A stretch of 64,000 bases of DNA from Massiliimalia sp. (GTDB lineage: Bacteria > Bacillota > Clostridia > Oscillospirales > Ruminococcaceae). A program made the position numbers and the translations under genes. The stretch covers positions 28,916 to 92,915 of the forward strand of contig JBMNPJ010000010.1 in NCBI GenBank assembly GCA_050943535.1, in the 5' to 3' direction. Positions 18,916 through 27,823 of this stretch are shown piece by piece. The notes under the pieces are model-generated. The model searched no databases and was not told where the DNA came from. It was given only the letters and a program-made list of their open reading frames with translations. Every line of letters begins with the position of its first letter. The stretch's first letter is position 1.

Positions 18916-19854
18916 ATGAAATATTATATTGGTGTAGACTTGGGCGGTACCGGAATCAAAGCCGGCATCGTAGATGAAAACGGAACCATTTTACATAAAA
19001 ATTCCTGCCCTACCCGGGTGGAAATGGGCTATGAAACCATTGTGGCGGATATGGCGCAGTTGGTAGATCAGGTACTGCAGGAAAGCGGACACAGTATGGA
19101 TGACATTCAGGCAGTAGGGGTGGGGATTCCCGGCGTAGTGGATCCCAGAAACGGAGTGGTTCCCCTGTGCTCTAACTTAAACTGGCGGCGGGTACCGCTG
19201 ATGGCGGAACTGAAAAAGTATTTTACCAAACCTCTTTATGTAGACAATGATGCAACGGTTGCCGCTATGGCAGAGGCGGTTTCCGGTGTGTCTGCCGGTG
19301 TTGCCAACAGCGTGTTCCTGATTTTGGGAACCGGTGTCGGCGGAGGTATTATCCTCAACGGAAAGGTGTATTCCGGCGCCCATGGGGTTGGATCTGAGAT
19401 TGGACACACGGTCATGAATATGGACGGGGTGCCTTGCCCCAGCGGAACCCATCGGGGATGTATTGACCGCTATGGAAGTGCCACTGCTCTGATCCGTATG
19501 GGAAAAGAAGCAGCGGCACGTCATCCAGAAAGTAAGCTCAATCAAATGGAAACCTTTAACGCCAAACAGGTGATGGATCTTGCACGGGAACAGGATGTGG
19601 CTGCCGTAGAAGCGTTTGAAGAATACACCGATTGTCTGGCTGTGGCAATGCTCAATATTATTAACTTTATTGACCCGGAAGTGATTGTCATTGGCGGAGG
19701 GGTTTCCGGTGCAGGCGAATTTTTGCTGGAACCGATTCGCCGGAAATTAAAAGATATGATCTTTTTCCCGGAAATGCCGTATGCAGAAATTAAACAGGCA
19801 AAACTGGGCAATGACGCCGGCATTATCGGCGCTGCTATGCTGGGCAGAGACTAA
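18916..19854 (+). CDS. ROK-family sugar kinase (glucokinase-like)
   Basis: GVDLGGTGIK, VDNDATVAA, GTGVGGG and EIGH motifs; C-x-S-G-x-x-G-C variant; no HTH. Confidence 0.9.
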   Translation: MKYYIGVDLGGTGIKAGIVDENGTILHKNSCPTRVEMGYETIVADMAQLVDQVLQESGHSMDDIQAVGVGIPGVVDPRNGVVPLCSNLNWRRVPLMAELKKYFTKPLYVDNDATVAAMAEAVSGVSAGVANSVFLILGTGVGGGIILNGKVYSGAHGVGSEIGHTVMNMDGVPCPSGTHRGCIDRYGSATALIRMGKEAAARHPESKLNQMETFNAKQVMDLAREQDVAAVEAFEEYTDCLAVAMLNIINFIDPEVIVIGGGVSGAGEFLLEPIRRKLKDMIFFPEMPYAEIKQAKLGNDAGIIGAAMLGRD

Positions 19855-19878
19855 TACAGGAGAGGGAGACAAAGCAAT

Positions 19879-21315
19879 ATGAAAATTCTGATTGGACATT
19901 TATACCATGAATCCAATACCTTTTCTCCTTTTCCTACCACCAAAGATTCCTTTGAGTTTTACGAAGGAGAAGAAATGATTGACAAACTGTTCGGTTCTGA
20001 GGTTCTCCGGGAAGAAGGGGTGGAGATCATCCCTTCTGTCTATGCTGCCCGGTGGTCTTCCGGAACTGTGGAACAGGAAGCATATGAATATTATGAACAG
20101 AAGATTTTGGATGTGGTGCGCCAAAATCGGGATAATCTGGACGGCATCTGGCTGTCCCTTCACGGCGGCATGACCGTTGCCGGAATCGGTTCCGGGGAAT
20201 ACCGGATTCTGCGGGATGTACGGGAAATCGTAGGGAATCAGCTGCCCATTTCCATTTCTTTGGATATGCACGCCAACAATCAGGAGGGAATTCAAGCCCT
20301 TACCAATATTATGAACGGGTACCATACTGCACCCCATGTGGATACTGCCGAAACCCAGAAAAAGGCAGCGCGGGCGCTGGTGCGTCTGATCCGCAGCGGA
20401 GAACAGGGGGTTCATCCCCAGATGGTGCGGGTGCCGATGCTCTTGTTTGGAGAACGCGCGATCAGCAGTGATCCGCCTTTCCAGGAAATCTATGACCGAT
20501 GCCGGGAACTGGAGGCAGATCCAAGAATTTTAGCGGCGACCCTGTACGTAGGAATGGCGTGGGGAGATACCCCGAATACTTCCGTGACCGTAGCAGTGAC
20601 CCCGTCCAAACAGGAATATGCAGATTTTGCTGAGCAGGAAGCACAGTCCATGGCGGATTATTTGTTTGAACGGCGGAATGAATGTCGGTACGCCCATCCG
20701 TCCTATCTGCCGGAAGAAGCGGTAAAACGAGCGGTGGAAAGCGAAAATAGCCCCTTGTTTCTGTCCGATTCCGGGGACAATCCCACTGCCGGAGGCGTGG
20801 GGAACAATACAGTCCTGCTGGAGCTGATGCTGCATACAGACTTAAAAGGGAAAAAGGTGCTGTTTGCGCCTATTTACGACAGCAATGCTGTGGAACTTTT
20901 AAAAACAAAACAGCCAGGGGAAACGGTGGCTTTTTCCATCGGTATGAACTGGGATGAAAACAGCCGTCCGGTTCCAGTGACCGGAGAGATCCTGCGGTTT
21001 GGAGAAATTTGGGCTTATCACGAACTGACCTATGAAAAAAAGGCGGACTATGCCATGGTTCGGATAGGAACCGTAGATGTAATTTTAGCAGATCATCAGC
21101 TTTCCTTCACCGGCATGGAATGCTTTGAAACCGCCGGAGTAACCATTTCAGACTACGATATTTTAGTTTTGAAGATGGGGTATCTGTTTGCGGAAATTGC
21201 AGACAGCTGTCGGGAAAATATGATGGCGCTTACACCGGGATGCACGCCGCTTTTGGTGACAACCCGCCAGTATCATCATCTGCCCCGGCCGATCTGGCCT
21301 TTGGATATGGAATAA
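19879..21315 (+). CDS. M81 (MlrC-like) metallopeptidase/amidohydrolase
   Basis: HESNTFS, LSLHGGM, SLDMHAN, YHTAPHVD and DSGDNPTAG motifs. Confidence 0.85.
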   Translation: MKILIGHLYHESNTFSPFPTTKDSFEFYEGEEMIDKLFGSEVLREEGVEIIPSVYAARWSSGTVEQEAYEYYEQKILDVVRQNRDNLDGIWLSLHGGMTVAGIGSGEYRILRDVREIVGNQLPISISLDMHANNQEGIQALTNIMNGYHTAPHVDTAETQKKAARALVRLIRSGEQGVHPQMVRVPMLLFGERAISSDPPFQEIYDRCRELEADPRILAATLYVGMAWGDTPNTSVTVAVTPSKQEYADFAEQEAQSMADYLFERRNECRYAHPSYLPEEAVKRAVESENSPLFLSDSGDNPTAGGVGNNTVLLELMLHTDLKGKKVLFAPIYDSNAVELLKTKQPGETVAFSIGMNWDENSRPVPVTGEILRFGEIWAYHELTYEKKADYAMVRIGTVDVILADHQLSFTGMECFETAGVTISDYDILVLKMGYLFAEIADSCRENMMALTPGCTPLLVTTRQYHHLPRPIWPLDME

Positions 21316-21364
21316 TGACAGTTTCAGGGGATGATCCCCATAACAGGAAAGGAATCGAAAGACA

Positions 21365-22780
21365 ATGAATATTTTTCCTACACAGATTGGATATACCAAG
21401 GTAACACCGCCTGTATTTGAAATGCCGAAACGTCCGGCAGATCTTTCTGATCAAGTATATGAAGCGCACAAATCCCGCACCCTTTCCGCAATGAAAAACC
21501 TGGGCATGGATGCTCTGGTCGTTTACGCAGACCGGGAACACGGGAGCAATTTTGGATATTTAACCGGGTTTGAGCCCCGGTTTGAAGAGGCGGTTTTGGT
21601 TCTGCTGCCAGATGGAACAGCCTCTGTCCTGCTGGGAAATGAATGCCTCAAAATGCATGCTTACAGTCGGATTCCAGTTACCCCGATTCACACTCCATTT
21701 TTCTCACTGCCCAACCAGCCTATGGAAGGGGAACGTCCTTTGGAACAGGTTTTTGCTCAGGCAGGAATCCAGGAAGGGATGACCGTTGGGGTAGCAGGAT
21801 GGAAACTGTTTACCGGAAAGGATCCCCGCAATACCTTTCTTATGGATGTGCCCCATTTTATTGTACAGGCGCTGATTGAAGCAGTAGGGGATACAGGAAT
21901 TTTGAAAAACGGAACTGGACTGTTTATTCATGCAGATACTGGGGTGAGAAATACTGTATGCGCTGAAGAAGCTGCCGCTTATGAATTTGGTGCGGCAATG
22001 GCGTCTTATTGTGTACAGCAGGTATTGGAATCTCTGTGTGTGGGTGCCAATGAACAGGAACTGGCAAGTTTGCTCAGCCGTTACGGAATGCCTCTTTCCT
22101 GCTACAGCATGTGTGCTACCGGCGAACGGTTTACCAATGGGGTGGTATATCCCCGGGATAAAAAGGTATGTTTAGGGGATAAGTTTACCACATCTATGGG
22201 TCTGCGGGGCGGTTTGACCTGCCGCGCAGGATATGTGGCTGATACCGCCCAGGATCTTCCACAGGAAGTGGAAGACTATGTGGAAAAAGTAGCAAAACCT
22301 TATTTTGCCGCCACTGCCACTTGGTACAGTACCGTGGGAATCGGTGTTTCCGGCGGAGAAGTTTATTGGGCAGTAGATGGTGTATTTCCGAAAAAGGATT
22401 ATGGCTGGAAACTTAATCCGGGACATCTTTCTTCTTCAGAAGAATGGATGAGTTCTCCGATTAGTGCCGGGTCTCCTGTTCTGCTTCGCAGCGGCATGAT
22501 GCTGCAGATGGATATTATTCCGTCTGTTCCCGGATACGGCGGCATCAATGCGGAGGATGGCGTTCTTTTGGCAGACGAACGGCTGCGGGAAGAAATCCAC
22601 ACCCAGTTCCCAGAAGTTTGGAACCGGATGCAGCGCCGGAGAGAATACATGATAAAAGAACTGGGAATCCCGCTGAAAGAGGAAGTACTCCCTATGACCG
22701 ACTCTGTGGGATACCTGCGGCCTTTGCTGTTAAACCGGGAGATGGCATTGAAGGTAACCCATCTGGCAGTGGGCAGGTAA
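21365..22780 (+). CDS. M24/creatinase (pita-bread) fold protein, Xaa-Pro aminopeptidase-like
   Basis: YADREHGSNFGYLTGFEPRFEEA N-domain; LNPGHL and INAEDG C-terminal motifs. Confidence 0.65.
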   Translation: MNIFPTQIGYTKVTPPVFEMPKRPADLSDQVYEAHKSRTLSAMKNLGMDALVVYADREHGSNFGYLTGFEPRFEEAVLVLLPDGTASVLLGNECLKMHAYSRIPVTPIHTPFFSLPNQPMEGERPLEQVFAQAGIQEGMTVGVAGWKLFTGKDPRNTFLMDVPHFIVQALIEAVGDTGILKNGTGLFIHADTGVRNTVCAEEAAAYEFGAAMASYCVQQVLESLCVGANEQELASLLSRYGMPLSCYSMCATGERFTNGVVYPRDKKVCLGDKFTTSMGLRGGLTCRAGYVADTAQDLPQEVEDYVEKVAKPYFAATATWYSTVGIGVSGGEVYWAVDGVFPKKDYGWKLNPGHLSSSEEWMSSPISAGSPVLLRSGMMLQMDIIPSVPGYGGINAEDGVLLADERLREEIHTQFPEVWNRMQRRREYMIKELGIPLKEEVLPMTDSVGYLRPLLLNREMALKVTHLAVGR

Positions 22781-22784
22781 CATC

Positions 22785-22935
22785 TGCCGGCAATGACGAT
22801 TTGCCGCTAGGGGTTGAATCCCCCGGACTGGAAGAGGATAAACTGGTATTTTGTGGGGAAAGCGAAATAATCGCTTTTTATTATCCAACTGACAGAATAC
22901 GAACGTAGTGTCAGTGGGGGCGGCAGCTTGCCGCG
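22785..22935. repeat. Degenerate copy of the repeat family
   Basis: ctgacagaatacgaacgtagtg (reverse arm) with a 32-nt loop; ggcaatgacg..aggggttgaatcccc resembles other copies. Confidence 0.65.
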
Positions 22936-22998
22936 AGTGTTCGTTTCTGTTGGTTTTTATATGGTTTTTTAAACATTCTTTGCGCATTTTCTGTTTAG

Positions 22999-23235
22999 TT
23001 TTTCACATTTTCCACCGAGTTTTTGACTATACGGTTTGTATATCGGGAAAGAAAGTGGAAAATACGGTAGAGAAAGTGGAAAACACTTGATAAATTAACA
23101 GGGTTTTCAACGTTTTCAACCAAGTTTTCAACACAAATTGAAAAAAGTGGGAAAAGCAGGGAAAATACTCGTTTACAATTTGTATATTTGTGGAAAACAC
23201 TTTGGACATGATGGGGAAAACTTTTCTGTACAGTG
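22999..23235. promoter_or_regulatory. Cluster of DnaA-box-like 9-mers
   Basis: Perfect TTWTNCACA at 22999 (+) and 23189-23197 (-); single-mismatch boxes at 23008, 23054, 23075, 23125, 23212, 23227; two-mismatch TTTTCAAC(G/C) at 23104 and 23113. Confidence 0.7.
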
Positions 23236-23248
23236 TTTTTCCAAAGAA

Positions 23249-23286
23249 AAAGGGTCTGTCTCAATTCCTTTTGAGACAGACCCTTT
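23249..23286. terminator. Strong bidirectional terminator hairpin
   Basis: aaagggtctgtctcaa/ttgagacagacccttt. Confidence 0.8.
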
Positions 23287-23324
23287 CGTTATTCAATCGT
23301 TGACACTGTTATGATGCGGTTTTA

Positions 23325-23480
23325 TCAGCCCACACCGCAGTCATCGTAATCTTTCCACTTATCATGATAGGCTTTGTCGCTTAAAAAACGGCATACCATA
23401 TACATAGCGGCAACTGCGGCGCCAACCAGTCCCAGCACCAGTGCGATAATTGAAAATGCGTTTGTACGGTGTTCTTTCAT
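23325..23480 (-). CDS. Small single-pass membrane protein (51 aa), absent from the ORF track
   Basis: MKEHRTNAFSIIALVLGLVGAAVAAMYMVCRFLSDKAYHDKWKDYDDCGVG; RBS aaggag 8 nt upstream; terminator downstream. Confidence 0.75.
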   Translation of the reverse strand: MKEHRTNAFSIIALVLGLVGAAVAAMYMVCRFLSDKAYHDKWKDYDDCGVG

Positions 23481-23626
23481 GGCTTTGCATCTCCTTTTTT
23501 TCTCATGATAACCAAAAATTACCTTCGTGTCAATGGATTTGGCGCCTGTTTTACAATTTGTTTTCAGTTGAGTTTCTTTGCCTTTACATTATAATTGGGT
23601 TTACTCGTTTCTGTGTCTGTAAAACT

Positions 23627-25810
23627 TTATTCAACGTAAAGGAAAGGCCAGTAAAATTGTTCTGCAGAATCTGGTTCCCGATTTCCCATGGATTCCTGGG
23701 TAGCAGGCACCATCACCATCTTTTGTGAATCCTCTAAACGGTAAACGGAATAAGTATGTTCCAAAATAGATTGGATTTCTTGCGGATCAGTTACTTTTCG
23801 GAAAGGAATACTGCGGTTAGTCAAACTGCTTTGCGGATAGTATCCATCCCCCAAAGATCCGGGCAGATCATACTTGGAGTAAACACCCTGACGCGTCCAA
23901 ATAAATTCGCCCTGATATCCTTCGTCTGCTACCATCAGATATTCGATGGCGCTGTAATCCGGCTCTAAATAGGACAGAACACCGGAGGATTCCAGCACAC
24001 TCAGCGTGTTTTTGTAACAGGATTTTACAGGCAGATAGATGGTCCCCCAGGAGCCGTGAGTGTTTTTCAGCCCAGTGAGCTGGATCATTCCGGCATCCGG
24101 AGCAGAAGGTGTCTGGAAGTCTTCCAGAGTTTCGTCCAGCACGTCCTGCTGATAGGCTTTTTGCAAAGCGTCAAAATCCACTTGACCGGTTACCTCGGTA
24201 AATCGGGTGCCAAACTGGTCGCTGACACTCAGGGTTGTATAGTCTGTAAATGAAGTCTGAAATGCTGTGTGCCGGTATTTTGCAAAGTCGTCGGCAAAGT
24301 TCAGGGACAGCAGCGCTTCATCAGCAGTGTCGGAAATATCATAATAAGTTCGAGAGACCGTTTTGCCGTTTTTCAGAGTATAAATTAAAGATAAGCTGCG
24401 GCTTCCGGAATAGGCATCTTCTTTGGTGTCCAAAATGGTTTGGTTGATGTTCCATACGGTTTCAATGGTATCCGGTTCAGAAGAAGTGAAGTTTTCCCCC
24501 AGATGTTCCATGGAGTAAAAACCATTGTAATTGGTGGTAACAGATTTAATTTCGTCAATCTGGGGAATGTGATTATAAATGCCAAATCCGTTGGTAAAGA
24601 TAGCGGCAAAAAATACTGCGTAGAAAGGCAGTACGGCCAGATATCCTTTCATGGAACGGAAAGACTCTTTCACAGAGCGGCGGATAATGACCTGGAAAAT
24701 AAAGAATCCGCACAGAGTAATCAAAAAGAATAGAGGATACTGAAGAGGGACGAAAATACTTTCTCTGCCCCACAGGTTTTGGCACAGGAACATGACAAAC
24801 AGTCCCGCTACAGTAATGCCGAATGTGCCGCTGAGCCAGGTCAGTACCCGGCATCCGTCTCGTTTTCCGGCCAGTTCGCTGGGGCGGCGCTGATAAAAAT
24901 AAAAGCCGAGTCCCATAAAAATGACGGTGAGCAGAACCCATACAATGATGGCGGTAGCACAGGGATGGAGATACTGAGAAAAAGTGGATACTGGAGTATT
25001 CGCTTCCGGAGCGGTTGCTGCAAAGTATTCCTGCCGGATCATTTCCTGAGAGATTCCCTGAATCAGATCCGTTTCTCCAAAGGGGAATATAAACGGAAAC
25101 AGCAGATAAAATACGGACATAGAAGAACTCATAGAGAATCCGTAAATCCCGTTATATTCAGAAAAACGCTGGGTAACCAAGCCATAGATTGCTACCGGCA
25201 TTACCAGCAAAAGAGGCGGATACAGCACATTTTCCACAATGGTTCCGGTCAAAGCACAGACCATAATGGTAATGGAATAGACAATCAATAAGTAAAATAA
25301 AGAGAGGAAAATATCAAGGAGCAGCTCCCAGAACAGGTACAGGGTAAACCCGTATACACTGCCGTTGAGCAAAAATAAAATCAGATAGCTGAGCACGGTG
25401 GGAACAGTGAGCATTATGCCGGCAGAAGCCACTTTTGCCCAGAACAGGTGTGTCCGTTTAATAGGAAGTGAGCCATATACATCCATAGCTCGCCGGTTGG
25501 TCAAAAAGGCAAACTGCAAAAGTCCCAGCAAAAATGCCATGGCAGGGAAAAAGATTACAGAAAATGGGTTCAGCCCAAATTGATATACATTTATAACCGT
25601 TTCTGTTTTCCCCATGCGCACCAGATTTGCGGCAACAGCATTTCCAGTATTTTGGTCATTAAAAATGGCCAGCATCATAGGCAGAATCAGAATTACAAGG
25701 CAAAGTACGCAAAAACAGATGAAATAGGGCAAATTTCGCCGCAGGTCATCCCGTACAGCTTGCCCAAAACGACTGGATTTAGGATTCAAAGGTGAGGTGT
25801 TTAAAGTCAT
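23627..25810 (-). CDS. ABC transporter permease with large C-terminal soluble domain
   Basis: Many TM segments; LPIKRTHLFWAK motif typical of YtrC-like permeases; operonic with ATPase and GntR. Confidence 0.8.
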   Translation of the reverse strand: MTLNTSPLNPKSSRFGQAVRDDLRRNLPYFICFCVLCLVILILPMMLAIFNDQNTGNAVAANLVRMGKTETVINVYQFGLNPFSVIFFPAMAFLLGLLQFAFLTNRRAMDVYGSLPIKRTHLFWAKVASAGIMLTVPTVLSYLILFLLNGSVYGFTLYLFWELLLDIFLSLFYLLIVYSITIMVCALTGTIVENVLYPPLLLVMPVAIYGLVTQRFSEYNGIYGFSMSSSMSVFYLLFPFIFPFGETDLIQGISQEMIRQEYFAATAPEANTPVSTFSQYLHPCATAIIVWVLLTVIFMGLGFYFYQRRPSELAGKRDGCRVLTWLSGTFGITVAGLFVMFLCQNLWGRESIFVPLQYPLFFLITLCGFFIFQVIIRRSVKESFRSMKGYLAVLPFYAVFFAAIFTNGFGIYNHIPQIDEIKSVTTNYNGFYSMEHLGENFTSSEPDTIETVWNINQTILDTKEDAYSGSRSLSLIYTLKNGKTVSRTYYDISDTADEALLSLNFADDFAKYRHTAFQTSFTDYTTLSVSDQFGTRFTEVTGQVDFDALQKAYQQDVLDETLEDFQTPSAPDAGMIQLTGLKNTHGSWGTIYLPVKSCYKNTLSVLESSGVLSYLEPDYSAIEYLMVADEGYQGEFIWTRQGVYSKYDLPGSLGDGYYPQSSLTNRSIPFRKVTDPQEIQSILEHTYSVYRLEDSQKMVMVPATQESMGNREPDSAEQFYWPFLYVE

Positions 25811-26684
25811 AGCCAGCTTCCTCCATTTCTTGAATAAATACTTCCTCCAGGGTCAGGGGCAGCGCTTCCTGGAACAGGGGGTTCAGTCCCTCGATAAAGG
25901 TTTCGATTTCATCCCGAGGACCTTCTGCCGTAAAGGTAATTAAATTTCCCTTCTTTTCAAATTTCAGCAGGTGCAGTGCCTCAAACGCTTCTCTTCCCGG
26001 AGCTTTATGGAAGGCGCAGTGGAATTTGCACAGGTTCATCTTTAAAGAGTCGATGTCTTTTTCCAGCAGAATTCCTCCTTGATGGAGCAGTGCAATGTGG
26101 TCGCACAGGTCTTCCAGTTCCCGAAGATTGTGAGAAGAGATGAGGATGGTGGAACCGTCTTTTGCCACAGATTCTGCCAAAATGCGGCGCACGGCGTTTC
26201 GCACCACCGGGTCCAGTCCGTCAAATGCTTCGTCCAAAAGCAGGTACTTGGGACGGGTGGACAATGCCAGAATCAGTCCAGCCTGGCGCTGCATCCCTTT
26301 GGAAAAGGTGTGGATGGATTTTCTGATATCCAGAGGGAAAATTCGGCACAATTCCTGGAATAGTTCCCAGTCAAACCGGCTGTAATATCCGGCGTAGAAT
26401 TTGGCCATGGATAAAATAGTGGACTGAGCGGGAAAATACAGTTCGTCAGAGAGATAGAAAACACAGTCTTTTTTGGGAATATTTTCAAAAATATTTTCTC
26501 CGTCCACCAGCACAACCCCATGATCGGCTTTGTATACGCCGGCAATCAGCCGCAGCAGGGTGGACTTTCCGGCGCCATTGGAGCCTACCAGGCCATAGAT
26601 ACTTTCGTTTTCGATGGTACAGGTGATTTTATTCAGGGCGGTAAATCCGCCGAATTGTTTTGATGTTTCGCAAATCTCGATCAT
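25779..26684 (-). CDS. ABC transporter ATP-binding protein (YtrB-like)
   Basis: GSNGAGKST, FSKGMQ, LLLDEAFDGLD and SSHNL motifs. Confidence 0.93.
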   Translation of the reverse strand: MIEICETSKQFGGFTALNKITCTIENESIYGLVGSNGAGKSTLLRLIAGVYKADHGVVLVDGENIFENIPKKDCVFYLSDELYFPAQSTILSMAKFYAGYYSRFDWELFQELCRIFPLDIRKSIHTFSKGMQRQAGLILALSTRPKYLLLDEAFDGLDPVVRNAVRRILAESVAKDGSTILISSHNLRELEDLCDHIALLHQGGILLEKDIDSLKMNLCKFHCAFHKAPGREAFEALHLLKFEKKGNLITFTAEGPRDEIETFIEGLNPLFQEALPLTLEEVFIQEMEEAGYDFKHLTFES

Positions 26685-26689
26685 ACGGC

Positions 26690-27064
26690 TTAGTCCCCTT
26701 CCTGTTGTGCAAAAATTTCTTCTGCCAGTTTTTGAACATCTTCCAATGTGATTTGATAAATTAAATTTTTTCGGATGGTAAGGGCAATTTCATCCAGGGC
26801 TTTTTTGCGGAAAAGAGAGGCATGGTTTGCCTTTCCGTCAACAAAGGAACCTTTTCCGGCCACGGAATAGATGATGCCGTCCCGTTCCAACAGGGAAAAT
26901 GCCTTTTGAATGGTGTTGTGGTTAATGCCAATTTCCTGTGCTAGGGCGCGGACAGCAGGAAGCTGATCTCCGTCTTTCAGTTCGCCGGTTGCCACCATCT
27001 CTTTGATTTTGTCGCAGATTTGTTCATAGATTGGTTTGCGGCTGCGAAAATCCAGTTCAATCAA
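26690..27064 (-). CDS. GntR-family regulator, YtrA subfamily
   Basis: PIYEQI..LPAVRALAQEIGINHNTIQKAF..GKGSFV with short C-terminus. Confidence 0.9.
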   Translation of the reverse strand: MIELDFRSRKPIYEQICDKIKEMVATGELKDGDQLPAVRALAQEIGINHNTIQKAFSLLERDGIIYSVAGKGSFVDGKANHASLFRKKALDEIALTIRKNLIYQITLEDVQKLAEEIFAQQEGD

Positions 27065-27101
27065 AGACGGTTCCTCCTTTCTGATGGTTTTTATTATCCT
27101 A

Positions 27102-27158
27102 ACTGTACTATATCATATGGTACACTTAGATTATAGCTTTGCCGAGTGGTTCTGTCAA
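27102..27158 (-). promoter_or_regulatory. sigmaA promoter TTGACA-N17-TATAAT (27158-27130) with YtrA-type operator ACTGTA-N13-TACACT (27102-27126)
   Basis: Perfect promoter consensus; operator matches the B. subtilis YtrA site AGTGTA-N13-TACACT with one mismatch. Confidence 0.8.
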
Positions 27159-27279
27159 CAGCAAAGTAAAATTTGTAACTGAATTGTCACTGCCTGGAAA
27201 AAGAGGAGAAAAACCTTGTAAAACAAAAAAGCTGCCTGCCAAATCCTTTTAAAAGGCTTGACAGACAGCTTTACATTTT

Positions 27280-27801
27280 TTATTGGTTCTGGTCCCAGGA
27301 AGGATCCAGGACAGAAATTTTTTCTAATATGGTTTTTGCGATTTGCTGAGGAGCACCTTCTCCGGAAACAGACAGCACACTCCATTTCTGATAGTGGGGT
27401 AGGCGCTGTTCATAAAGGGCCAGCAGTTCTTCCAGTGTACGGGAAACCGCATTGGGACGGTTTTCGTCCCCACGAATTCGCTGATAACACAGGGAAAATG
27501 GGGTATCCAGAAAGACCAAAATCCCCATTTGGTTGAGCAGCCGGCCGTTTTCCTCCTGGGTGAGGATGCCGCCGCCTGTGGCGTAAATCCCGGGAACAGA
27601 GCCGGTAGCCCGCAGGGCAGCTGTTTCTGCCTGGCGAAAAAAGGCTTCTCCCCGTTCAAATATTTGAGGAATGGTCATCCCCTGTTGTTTTACAATCAGA
27701 GCGTCGATGTCATAACAGGGCAAACTGCTTTGTTTTGCCAAAGCATGGGCAATGGTGGTTTTTCCGCAGCCCATAAAACCGCATAAGTAGATATTTTTCA
27801 T
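27280..27801 (-). CDS. aroK: Shikimate kinase
   Basis: LCGFMGCGKTT, DIDALI, FRQAET and ATGGG motifs; start at MKNIY. Confidence 0.92.
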   Translation of the reverse strand: MKNIYLCGFMGCGKTTIAHALAKQSSLPCYDIDALIVKQQGMTIPQIFERGEAFFRQAETAALRATGSVPGIYATGGGILTQEENGRLLNQMGILVFLDTPFSLCYQRIRGDENRPNAVSRTLEELLALYEQRLPHYQKWSVLSVSGEGAPQQIAKTILEKISVLDPSWDQNQ

Positions 27802-27823
27802 GGAATACGGTTCCTCTTTTCGG

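Noticed and set aside
22999-23235. Chromosomal oriC
   Set aside because: No dnaA/dnaN/rpmH, no obvious unwinding element, and no change in gene-strand bias across the site; kept as a DnaA-box cluster.
22995-23264. Short ORFs with VENTVEKVENT-like repeats
   Set aside because: They are translations of the DnaA-box-like 9-mers; no RBS and no protein-like composition.
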